Counted from the stretch's first letter, positions 6,884 to 13,984 are shown. The stretch is 14,037 nucleotides of DNA from Candidatus Sysuimicrobiota bacterium (GCA_040289515.1 PSLI01000044.1:1-14037), one strand, 5' to 3'. A program made the numbers and translations. Notes: generated by a model not told the origin, from the sequence alone.

Positions 6884-7273
6884 CTAGAAGGGCACGTCCT
6901 CTTCGTCCTCCGGCTCGGCGGCGGGCTCGAACTCCTCCGGGGCCGGCTCCGCGGCTCTGCGATCCAGGAACCTCACGTGGTCCGCCACCACCTCCACGGC
7001 CCGGCGGCGCTGGCCATCCTGCGTCTCGTATTCCCGGATCTGAAGCCGCCCTTCCACCGCCACCAGCCGGCCCTTGGCCAGGTGCTGGGAGACCTGCTCG
7101 GCCAACCTCCGCCACGCCACCACGGGGATGAAGTCCGTCTTGCGCTCCCCCTGCGCCCCGGAGAAGGGGCGGTCCACCGCCAGGGTGAAGGTGGCCACCG
7201 GCTGTCCACTGGGCAGGTAGCGCAGCTCAGGATCCCTCGTCAGCCGTCCGATCAGCACCACCCGGTTCAGCAC
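6884..7273 (-). CDS. ssb: Single-stranded DNA-binding protein (129 aa)
   Basis: LNRVVLIGRLTRDPELRY, FTLAVDR, AVEGRLQIR and acidic tip EDEEDVPF. GTG 7273 follows GGAGGTG; GTG 7282 is an alternative start. Confidence 0.97.
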   Translation of the reverse strand: MLNRVVLIGRLTRDPELRYLPSGQPVATFTLAVDRPFSGAQGERKTDFIPVVAWRRLAEQVSQHLAKGRLVAVEGRLQIREYETQDGQRRRAVEVVADHVRFLDRRAAEPAPEEFEPAAEPEDEEDVPF

Positions 7274-7631
7274 CCCCGTCACCTCCTCCCGCGGGTACCG
7301 CCGCGGCCCCCGACGGGGCAGCCACAGGCGTGGCGGTTTGTGTGAGCAACGCTTCGCACACCAAAAACCGGATGACCTCCTCCACCAAGCCCACCGCGTT
7401 CTTCAGGTCCTGCACCCGGTGCCCATCCAGCTCAAACCGCATCAGAACGTAGATGCCCTCGCGGTGCTTGGCGATGGGGTAGGCCAGGCGGCGCTTCCCC
7501 CACGGCTCCGTAGACAGGACGATCCCCTCCCGCTCCGTGATGCGGCTGGCCACCCGTTCGATGGCCGCCTGAACCTGTTCGTTGGTGAGGTCCGGCCGCA
7601 GGATGAAAACGATTTCGTACGCCTTCCGCAC
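7227..7631 (-). CDS. rpsF: 30S ribosomal protein S6 (134 aa, extended C-terminal tail)
   Basis: YEIVFILRPDL, WGKRRLAYPIAKHREGIYVL and VIRFLV. GTG 7631 is preceded by GGGAGGT. Confidence 0.96.
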   Translation of the reverse strand: MRKAYEIVFILRPDLTNEQVQAAIERVASRITEREGIVLSTEPWGKRRLAYPIAKHREGIYVLMRFELDGHRVQDLKNAVGLVEEVIRFLVCEALLTQTATPVAAPSGAAAVPAGGGDGGAEPGGADRTADEGS

Positions 7632-7636
7632 GTACA

Positions 7637-7688
7637 ACCTCCCTCGGTCAGGGTAGCATCCCCGGTCTCCCGCAGGGAGACAGGAGGT
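7637..7688 (-). promoter_or_regulatory. Structured rpsF leader resembling the S6:S18-binding autoregulatory RNA
   Basis: ACCUCCU pairs with the SD GGGAGGU. It encloses hairpins GUCUCCC/GGGAGAC and CGGGG/CCCUG, with an unpaired GACCG just before the SD, like the conserved CCR of S6:S18 leaders. Confidence 0.65.
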
Positions 7689-7719
7689 CCGGTTCCGCTG
7701 GCCGCACACCAGCCGGTTG

Positions 7720-7749
7720 ATTCTACCAGACCGAACCTGACGCTGTCAG
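7720..7749 (-). promoter_or_regulatory. sigma70-type promoter of the rpsF-ssb-rpsR operon
   Basis: CTGACA, an 18-nt spacer, then TAGAAT, with TG at the extended -10 position. Confidence 0.65.
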
Positions 7750-7761
7750 GCCGGCTTGGGC

Positions 7762-8055
7762 TCAGTCCTCGTCCCGAAACAGACCGGCGGGCGGCACGGG
7801 GGCGGATCGGCGGCGCGGGCGCGGAGTCCGGTTCCCGTTGGCGCGGCGGGCCAACAGCTCCCGCTTGGTGCGGTACAGCTCCTCCAGCTCCGCCTCGATA
7901 GCGGCCAGGGCCCGTCGACCGGTCTCGCCCGTCCCCGTGTGGGGTACGCTGCCCTGCCAGATCCGGCGCCTCTGCTCCGCCAGCTCCGCGATCCGGCGGT
8001 CCACCTCCTGCAGGGTGAGCTCAAAGGGGTCTACGAAGTCTCCGGGCACTCCCAT
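7762..8055 (-). CDS. Hypothetical small coiled-coil protein (97 aa)
   Basis: ATG with a purine-rich RBS (GAGGAAGGAGCGAGG). Two amphipathic helices (LQEVDRRIAELAEQRRRIW; LAAIEAELEELYRTKRELLARR) and a basic/Pro tail. It fills the ychF-rpsF gap on the coding strand. Confidence 0.75.
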   Translation of the reverse strand: MGVPGDFVDPFELTLQEVDRRIAELAEQRRRIWQGSVPHTGTGETGRRALAAIEAELEELYRTKRELLARRANGNRTPRPRRRSAPVPPAGLFRDED

Positions 8056-8098
8056 CCTCGCTCCTTCCTCAGGGTCAGCGTTGCCGTCACAACATCCC

Positions 8099-8107
8099 AG
8101 GATACCA
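8099..8107 (-). promoter_or_regulatory. Putative extended -10 (TG-G-TATCCT) for the 7762..8055 gene
   Basis: Minus strand tcTGGTATCCT, in the same context as tcTGGTAGAAT upstream of rpsF. Confidence 0.45.
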
Positions 8108-8133
8108 GACGGGTTCCACGGGCGGAGTTCGGC

Positions 8134-8148
8134 GCAACTCCCGTGCCA
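8134..8148 (-). promoter_or_regulatory. sigma54-like -24/-12 promoter TGGCAC-GGGAG-TTGC
   Basis: Exact TGGCAC-N5-TTGC spacing, oriented toward the 7762..8055 gene. It also lies within an imperfect inverted repeat after the ychF stop. Confidence 0.45.
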
Positions 8149-8157
8149 CGAGCGGCC

Positions 8158-9234
8158 TTACCCCTGGAAACGGAAGGTGATCACGTCCCCTTCCCGCACC
8201 TCGTAGTCCCTCCCCTCCAGCCGCACCTTGCCTGCTTCCCAGGCCGCCTGCCACGACCCCGTTTGAACGAGGGCCTCGAAGCTCACCACCTCGGCCCGGA
8301 TAAAGCCGCGCTCCATGTCCGTGTGGATGACCCCCGCGGCCTGAACCGCCCGGGTGCCCCGGGGGACCGGCCACGCCCGAACCTGCCGGCTCTCCGTGGT
8401 GAAGAAGGTCACCAGCTCCAGCAGTCGGTAGCCCGTGCGCACCACCTGATCCAGCACGCCCTCCCCCAGCCCAGCCAGGAGCCGGTACTCGCGGGCTTCC
8501 TCCTCCGGCAGGTCCGCCAGCTCCTCCTCCACCCTCAAGCTGGCCACCACCACGGGGACTCCGCGGGCCTGTGCCAGGGCCCGCACCGCCTGCACGTCCC
8601 CGTCCGGCTGCCCTTCGGCCACGTTCACCACGTACGCGACGGGTTTGTCCGTGAGCAGGCACAGGTCCCGCAGCGCTGCCCGCACCTCCTGCGGCAAGCT
8701 CCGGGCGGGACGACCCTCATCCAGAGCCTCGAGGGCCTGCTCCAGGGCCACGAGCTCCGCCCGCGCCTGGGCGTCTGCGGCCCGCGCCCTGGGTCGGACT
8801 TTGTCTGCCCGGCGCTGCAACGTTTCCAGGTCCGCCAGCAGCAGCTCCGTCTCCACCACCTCGATGTCGCGGAGCGGGTCTGCCTCCCCCTCCACGTGCA
8901 CCACTTCGGGGTGGTGAAACGCCCGCACCACGTGCAGCAGCGCGGCCATGTCCCGCACGTGGCTCAAAAAGCGGTTGCCCAGGCCCTCCCCGCGGTGCGC
9001 ACCCCGCACCAGACCCGCGATGTCCACCACCCGCACGGAGGCGGGAACCACCTGCTCCGCCTTCGTGAGGCGTGCCAGCTTCTCCAAGCGGTCATCCGGC
9101 ACCGCGGCCACGCCCGTGTTGGGGTCCACAGTGGTGAAGGGGTAGGGCGCGACCGCTACCCGCGCCCGGGTCAGCGCGCGGAAGAGGGTGCTCTTCCCCG
9201 CGTTGGGTAGCCCCACGATCCCGACCGATAGCAC
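8158..9234 (-). CDS. ychF: Redox-regulated ATPase YchF (Obg family, 358 aa)
   Basis: GIVGLPNAGKSTLF, YPFTTVDPN, DIAGLVRGAHRGEGLGNRFL, the NVAE (NxxE) G4 variant, and a TGS domain AAGVIHTDMERGFIRAEV. GTG 9234 has GGAGG 5 nt upstream. Confidence 0.97.
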   Translation of the reverse strand: MLSVGIVGLPNAGKSTLFRALTRARVAVAPYPFTTVDPNTGVAAVPDDRLEKLARLTKAEQVVPASVRVVDIAGLVRGAHRGEGLGNRFLSHVRDMAALLHVVRAFHHPEVVHVEGEADPLRDIEVVETELLLADLETLQRRADKVRPRARAADAQARAELVALEQALEALDEGRPARSLPQEVRAALRDLCLLTDKPVAYVVNVAEGQPDGDVQAVRALAQARGVPVVVASLRVEEELADLPEEEAREYRLLAGLGEGVLDQVVRTGYRLLELVTFFTTESRQVRAWPVPRGTRAVQAAGVIHTDMERGFIRAEVVSFEALVQTGSWQAAWEAGKVRLEGRDYEVREGDVITFRFQG

Positions 9235-9334
9235 CGTGGCCTCCGGGCCGTCCTGCGGCCCCACGTACGGCTCAAACGGATGATGGGGAAAACATGGGCT
9301 TTCAGCAACCCGGCGCCCTCCCTACAAGAGGACC

Positions 9335-9537
9335 GTGGCCTGGGAACAGGTGGTCACCGTGGTGCTGGCCGTTCTGGCCGCCATCCTGTACGCCAGCGGT
9401 TCGACGACGTACCCCGCTGCATCGCCGACCTGCGCGCGGACATGAACGGCCACCTCGCCCCGGTGGATGCCAGACGCACGGAGCTCCGGGAGATCCGAAC
9501 CCTCCTGCAGGACACCCTCCGAACCTGGACCAGCGGA
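9335..9537 (+). pseudogene. Frameshifted remnant of a small membrane-anchored coiled-coil protein gene
   Basis: AGAGGA then GTG 9335 encodes the TM helix MAWEQVVTVVLAVLAAILY (this frame stops at 9445). A second frame continues with the heptad-like QRFDDVPRCIADLRADMNGHLAPVDARRTELREIRTLLQDTLR. The 3' end is approximate. Confidence 0.55.
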
Positions 9538-9585
9538 GCGCTCCTGCCCGCGCGAGGCACCTTACGGAACGCCTGCCGCAGGAGG

Positions 9586-9918
9586 TCAACGCCCGGCTGC
9601 TTTTGCCCGCTTCACGATGCGACGTCGCGGCCGCGGCTGTGGGGGCGGGGGGCTCGGCTTCCGGAGCTTCGGCTCCGGGGCCTCCACCCGGGGCGGCTCC
9701 GGCTCGGGAGGCGGCACCTCGTTGCCCCGCTGCAGGAACGCCCGGATCCTGCGCTCCAGCTTGATGCGGTCCATGAGCACGAACCGCCCGCAGGTACGGC
9801 AGCGGATCCCCACGTCCGCTCCCAGCCGCTCGATGACCCACACGTCGCCGCCGCACGGGTGGGCCTTGCGGGTCCGGATCACGTCACCCACGTACAGCTT
9901 CACGTAAGGGGCCGGCAC
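9586..9918 (-). CDS. DUF951 family protein with Pro/Arg-rich C-terminal extension (110 aa)
   Basis: VGDVIRTRKAHPCGGDVWVIERLGADVGIRCRTCGRFVLMDR, with the typical position upstream of ychF. Confidence 0.9.
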   Translation of the reverse strand: MPAPYVKLYVGDVIRTRKAHPCGGDVWVIERLGADVGIRCRTCGRFVLMDRIKLERRIRAFLQRGNEVPPPEPEPPRVEAPEPKLRKPSPPPPQPRPRRRIVKRAKAAGR

Positions 9919-9928
9919 CTAAGATCCC

Positions 9929-11419
9929 TCACCGTACTGCCAGCAGGGCGTCGGTGGGTGCGAAGTCGTCCGTGAGGACAGGTACGTCGTCGGTCCGCAC
10001 GGGCCGCGCGTACAGGTCCAACACCGCCGCCCGAAACCCCTCCACCTTGACCCGGGATCGCAGGCGGGCCGCCTGCTGCCGCACCTGTTCCGGTGACCAC
10101 TGTCGGTCCGCCCCCACCACCACGATGTTCCGCAACGCCCCCGCCCAGCCGCCGGGCCCGAAGTCCACGGGGAAAACGTGCACCCCTGGGTACACCTCCC
10201 GCAGGGTGCGGTACACGGCCCGGAACAAGCGGCTGTGGGGACCCTCCAGGGCCCCGATCACGTTGACCACGAACACGCCTCCCAAGCGCAGCTTCGCCCG
10301 CACCTCCTGGAAAAACTCCCGCGTGGTCAGGTGGAAGGGCAGGGTGTCCCGCAAGTACGCGTCCATCAGTACGTGGTCATACCGCTCCGGGGCTTGCTGG
10401 ACAAACCGTCGGCCGTCCTGCGCGAACGCCCGCAAACGGCCGCCCCGGGGCACGCCGAAGAACCGGTGGGCCACCTCCACCACCTCGGGGTCGATGTCCA
10501 CCACGTCCACCCGCACTGCTGGGTAGTCCTCCAGGTAGCGCTTGGGGATCGTCCCACCCCCCATGCCGATCACCAGCACCTGTTGCGGGTAGGGCTGGAA
10601 GAGCATCCCCACGTGCATGTAGTCCGCATACCGGAACACCGTGCGCCGCGGGTCCTCCAGGTCCACGGCGCTCTGCCAGTAGTTGTCCAGCTTCAGGTAC
10701 CGCACCCCGCCCTCGTCGCTCACCGTAATGCGGTGGTACACGGTGTCCCTGGCGTACACCACCTCCGGGCCCTCCGGAGGGACGAGGTGCGCGGCGGTGA
10801 GGCCGGCTCCCACCAGGGCCACGGCAGCCAGGGCGGCCACGCCCGCGCGCCGCAAGCCCGCAAACCCCACCACCGCCAGGGCCATCTCCACCACGCCCAA
10901 AGCCAGGATGATGTCCCTCACCCCGAGGACCGAGATGAGCCAGAAGGCTGCCGCGAAGCACCCCGCGATGCTGCCCAGGGTGGACAGGGCGTACAGCCGA
11001 CCCGCGGTCCCACCCACGGTGGCCACCGAACGGGCCGCAAGCCGCACCGCGTAGGGGGAGATGGTCCCCATGACCACGCTGGCGGGGAAGAACAGCACGA
11101 GCGCGCTCACCAGCGGCCCCAGACGGCTATCCAGGTCCGCGGCGGCCAGGGCGGACAGTAAGGGGGCTGCAGCAGCAGGGATGGGCACCGTGAGCAACCC
11201 CGCCAGGAACACCAGCCCGCACAACACCCCCTGGCTGGGGTAGCGGTCCGCCACGCGCCCGCCCAGCCAGTACCCCACACTGAGGGCCGTGAGGAACACC
11301 CCGATGAGGCTCCCCCACACGTAGATGGAGTTCCCGAAGGTGGGGGCTAGCACCCGGCTGGCCACGATCTCCAGGGCCAGCAGCACGCCCCCGCTGGTGA
11401 ACACGATTAGCTCCAGCAC
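9929..11419 (-). CDS. Membrane-domain-fused spermidine-synthase-like / class I SAM-dependent transferase (496 aa)
   Basis: About 7 N-terminal TM helices (LEIVASRVLAPTFGNSIYVWGSLIGV; GRLYALSTLGSIAG). Rossmann motifs VLVIGMGGG, VDVVDIDPEVV, DGRRFV, YDHVLMDAY, HLTTREFF, and C-terminal VLTDDFAP. Confidence 0.88.
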   Translation of the reverse strand: MLELIVFTSGGVLLALEIVASRVLAPTFGNSIYVWGSLIGVFLTALSVGYWLGGRVADRYPSQGVLCGLVFLAGLLTVPIPAAAAPLLSALAAADLDSRLGPLVSALVLFFPASVVMGTISPYAVRLAARSVATVGGTAGRLYALSTLGSIAGCFAAAFWLISVLGVRDIILALGVVEMALAVVGFAGLRRAGVAALAAVALVGAGLTAAHLVPPEGPEVVYARDTVYHRITVSDEGGVRYLKLDNYWQSAVDLEDPRRTVFRYADYMHVGMLFQPYPQQVLVIGMGGGTIPKRYLEDYPAVRVDVVDIDPEVVEVAHRFFGVPRGGRLRAFAQDGRRFVQQAPERYDHVLMDAYLRDTLPFHLTTREFFQEVRAKLRLGGVFVVNVIGALEGPHSRLFRAVYRTLREVYPGVHVFPVDFGPGGWAGALRNIVVVGADRQWSPEQVRQQAARLRSRVKVEGFRAAVLDLYARPVRTDDVPVLTDDFAPTDALLAVR

Positions 11420-11458
11420 GGCCCCTCCCTTACTACCCCAGGGTATACCCCGTCGGCC

Positions 11459-12019
11459 TCAGTCGCCGTGCAGCTGCCGCAGGCGCGGGGACAGCCGCAG
11501 CAGCAGCTGCACGCGTTCCACCTCGCAAAGCCACTCCTCCGTCACGCGGTGCAAAAGATCCTCCCCGGGAGGCTGCACCCCCACGGGGCAGGCAGGTCCC
11601 AAGCCTTCCGCGGCCATCTGCCGGTACAACGACAGGGTGCGCTCTCCGTACCGGGCCACCTCCGCGAAGTCCTCACTCAGGAAGACCACCACGGGGATGC
11701 GGTAGCCGCGGTTGAAGGCCAGCAGCTCCCGCAGGTCCGGGTGCTCCTCGCGGTCCAGAAACCGCAGCTGGATCCGCGGGGTGGCCTCTGCGAACCGCTG
11801 CAGGATGGGGCACTGGCGGGCGCAGTCTCCGCACCATGCGCCCGCCAGCACCAGGAGGTTGACCTGGCGCTGGAACCCCGCCAGCAGGGCGCGCTGCTGC
11901 GCCGTGAGTCGCACCGCCTCGTACACCCGGTGCCACCGCTCCCGGTGCACCTCCGTCCCGTACCGGTGCAGGAATTCGTGGTACGGCAACGCCGCCTCGA
12001 ATTTGACCTTCCAGTCCAC
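11459..12019 (-). CDS. Thioredoxin-family protein (WCGDC; Thioredoxin_9-like, 186 aa)
   Basis: LLVLAGAWCGDC active site and RIPVVVFLSEDF cis-Pro loop. GGAGG RBS at the end of the MFS gene. Confidence 0.88.
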   Translation of the reverse strand: MDWKVKFEAALPYHEFLHRYGTEVHRERWHRVYEAVRLTAQQRALLAGFQRQVNLLVLAGAWCGDCARQCPILQRFAEATPRIQLRFLDREEHPDLRELLAFNRGYRIPVVVFLSEDFAEVARYGERTLSLYRQMAAEGLGPACPVGVQPPGEDLLHRVTEEWLCEVERVQLLLRLSPRLRQLHGD

Positions 12020-12024
12020 GGCTT

Positions 12025-13194
12025 TTACCTCCCCTTAGGCCTTTTCGTGCGGGCCCCAGGACGCATCGCTGCCGCAGCGAGGCCGGCCATCACCATCCCG
12101 ACCCCCGCGGAGGCGAAGCTAGCCCCCTCCCCAACAGCTCCCAGGACTCCGTTCCCCCACACCGGGCCCACCATCCGCCCGAGGCTTTCCAGGGCGCCAG
12201 CCACCCCCTGCACCGCTCCCTGCTCGTGCGCGGCAGCAGAACGGCTGATGAGGGACACCAGGGCCGGGTTGGACAGTCCCGCACCCACGCCGGCCGCGAG
12301 GGTGCTCACCACGAACACCCAAAGACCCCGGCTTGCGGATGCGCCCAGTAGACCCAGCCCGGCCACCAGCAGGCCACCGGTCAGCACCGGCAGCTCGCCC
12401 CAGCGCCTCACCACGGGGCTCACCAGACCTACCTGCACCGCCGCGCCCACCGCGCCCCAGACAGCCAGCAGGTAGCCCGTGTGGGAAGGGTCCAACCCGA
12501 ACCGCTGGCTCACGAACAAGGCAAAGGTGGTCTGCACCACCGCCGCGGTGGCCCAGTACACAAAGTCCACAGCCAGCAGAGCCCGCAGGCCCGGCCGCCG
12601 CAGTACCACGGGCAGCTGCCGCCAAGGGGACGGGCCTGCCGCCCGCACCCGGTGCACCGTCTCCGGTAGCCACCGCCACGCCAAGGCCATGGCCGCCACC
12701 GTAAGGCCCACCGCCGCCCATGCGGGCGCCGCGTACCCGAAGTGCGACAGCGCCCCTCCCAGGGCCGGTCCCACTACGAAGCCGACCCCGAAGGCTGCGC
12801 CGATGAGGCCGAAGCTGCGGGCCCGTTGGCCCTCCGGCGTCACGTCCGCGATGTAGGCGCGCGCGGTGGAGATGTTGCCGCCCGAAAGCCCGTCCACCAC
12901 GCGCGCGGCGAACAGGGTTGGCAGGTTCCGGCCCACGGCCAGCAGGGCAAAGCTCACCGCGGTACCCGCCAGGCTGACAAGGAGCACCGGCCTGCGTCCC
13001 CACCGGTCCGACCACGCGCCCAGCAGCGGCGCCGCCACCAGCTGGCAGGCGGAGTAGGAGGCGAACAGCAACCCCACCTGAAGGGGGGAAGCGCCCAGGC
13101 TGCGGGCATAGAAGGGCAGCAGCGGGATGACGATCCCGAAGCCGATCAGGTTCACGAGGATGGTGAGGAAGATGGCCCACAGCGGCCGGCTCAC
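12025..13194 (-). CDS. MFS drug:H+ antiporter, TetA/DHA1-like (389 aa)
   Basis: LTILVNLIGFGIVIPLLP, motif A GAWSDRWGRRPVLL, ARAYIADVT and motif C GAAFGVGFVVGPALGG. The true start is judged to be GTG 13194 within ORF 12025..13818. Confidence 0.9.
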   Translation of the reverse strand: MSRPLWAIFLTILVNLIGFGIVIPLLPFYARSLGASPLQVGLLFASYSACQLVAAPLLGAWSDRWGRRPVLLVSLAGTAVSFALLAVGRNLPTLFAARVVDGLSGGNISTARAYIADVTPEGQRARSFGLIGAAFGVGFVVGPALGGALSHFGYAAPAWAAVGLTVAAMALAWRWLPETVHRVRAAGPSPWRQLPVVLRRPGLRALLAVDFVYWATAAVVQTTFALFVSQRFGLDPSHTGYLLAVWGAVGAAVQVGLVSPVVRRWGELPVLTGGLLVAGLGLLGASASRGLWVFVVSTLAAGVGAGLSNPALVSLISRSAAAHEQGAVQGVAGALESLGRMVGPVWGNGVLGAVGEGASFASAGVGMVMAGLAAAAMRPGARTKRPKGR

Positions 13195-13200
13195 TAGATC

Positions 13201-13209
13201 ATTATGCCA
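13201..13209 (-). promoter_or_regulatory. Extended -10 (TG-G-CATAAT) 6 nt before the MFS start codon; probable leaderless transcript
   Basis: Minus strand gTGGCATAATgatctaGTG, with no SD sequence before the GTG. Confidence 0.55.
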
Positions 13210-13240
13210 CCCGCTTCCCCCTCCGGCCCGCCCCGGCGGG

Positions 13241-13246
13241 TACAAT
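13241..13246 (+). promoter_or_regulatory. Putative -10 (TACAAT) of the divergent plus-strand pseudogene
   Basis: TACAAT lies 13 nt upstream of ATG 13260, back-to-back with the MFS promoter. Confidence 0.4.
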
Positions 13247-13259
13247 GCGGCGCTGGAGA

Positions 13260-13581
13260 ATGTCCAGCCTGCCGCGTCTGCGAGCCGTCGACCTGATCCC
13301 CACACGGGTCGGGGGACAGCCCGTGGTGGCCGTTCGGGACCCGGAGGGTCTTGTGGAGGACACGCTGCTCTTACCCTGGAGGTAGCGGAGGTGGCGGTCC
13401 TGCTGGACGGCGGGAGCTGGTGGACGTCCAGGTGGAGTACGCCCGCCGGCACCGCGGTGCCCTGCTGTTTAGCTCGGATTTGGCCCACATCGTGCAGGAG
13501 CTGGACCAACTGGGGCTGCTGGAAAGCGAACGCGCCCACAATAGCCGTCCGGAGCTGGAGGAGGCCTTCCGCCGGGCACCC
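13260..13581 (+). pseudogene. Truncated, doubly frameshifted remnant resembling the N-terminal region of AmmeMemoRadiSam system protein B (MEMO1 family, long form)
   Basis: Three successive frames join into MSSLPRLRAVDLIPTRVGGQPVVAVRDPEGLVEDTLLLP / LEVAEVAVLLDG / ELVDVQVEYARRHRGALLFSSDLAHIVQELDQLGLLESERAHNSRPELEEAFRRAP, with shifts near 13376 and 13412. The MEMO domain expected after RRAP is absent. Family recognised from memory. Confidence 0.65.
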
Positions 13582-13818
13582 GAGGTCCAGGAGTGCCTGA
13601 GTAGAGACGAATGTTTCGTGCCAGAACACCAGGTGTACCAGCACCTCCGGCGGCCCCCAGGCGGCGGGAGCCAGTTGCTCCGGCGGCAGGCTCCGAATGT
13701 AGGATCTGAAGGACTCGACCGTCTGGCGCAGTTTGGCCAGGGCGGCATTCACGGCACCGGCACCTGCGTGGCCCTTGCCCGCTGCTCCAGTTGCTTCTTT
13801 GATGTGGTGCAGCGTCAC
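13582..13818 (-). pseudogene. 5' fragment of a DinB/DfsB-like four-helix-bundle protein gene
   Basis: LAKLRQTVESFRSYIRSLPPEQLAPAAWGPPEVLVHLVFWHE resembles the DinB-superfamily N-terminal W-x3-E-x3-H-L motif. Similarity ends near 13582. The start is GTG 13818 or 13752. Confidence 0.55.
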
Positions 13819-13984
13819 CTCGTGCCAGACCTCAGGTGGATCCGGGCGTTACCCGCACGGCGGGCTCCGCAGTGTCGGTACTTTCGGATTCGATGCGGCC
13901 ACATCGCCGCGCGAATTGTTTTCCCTAGATCTTCTAGATCGGCCCAGATCGGAATTGGTGGTGATCAATTCAAAGTCCGGGCGG

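Noticed and set aside
6576..7115. N-terminal extension of DUF2232 in ORF 5583..7115
   Set aside because: It overlaps ssb and rpsR out of frame.
9273..9286. CAAAC-GGAT-GATGG upstream of ychF, resembling the dnaB LexA box
   Set aside because: Both half-sites are degenerate, so it is likely chance.
9280..9975. 231-aa plus-strand ORF as an intact gene
   Set aside because: Only about 9394-9537 looks protein-like (the pseudogene segment). The rest is antisense to DUF951 and the transferase gene.
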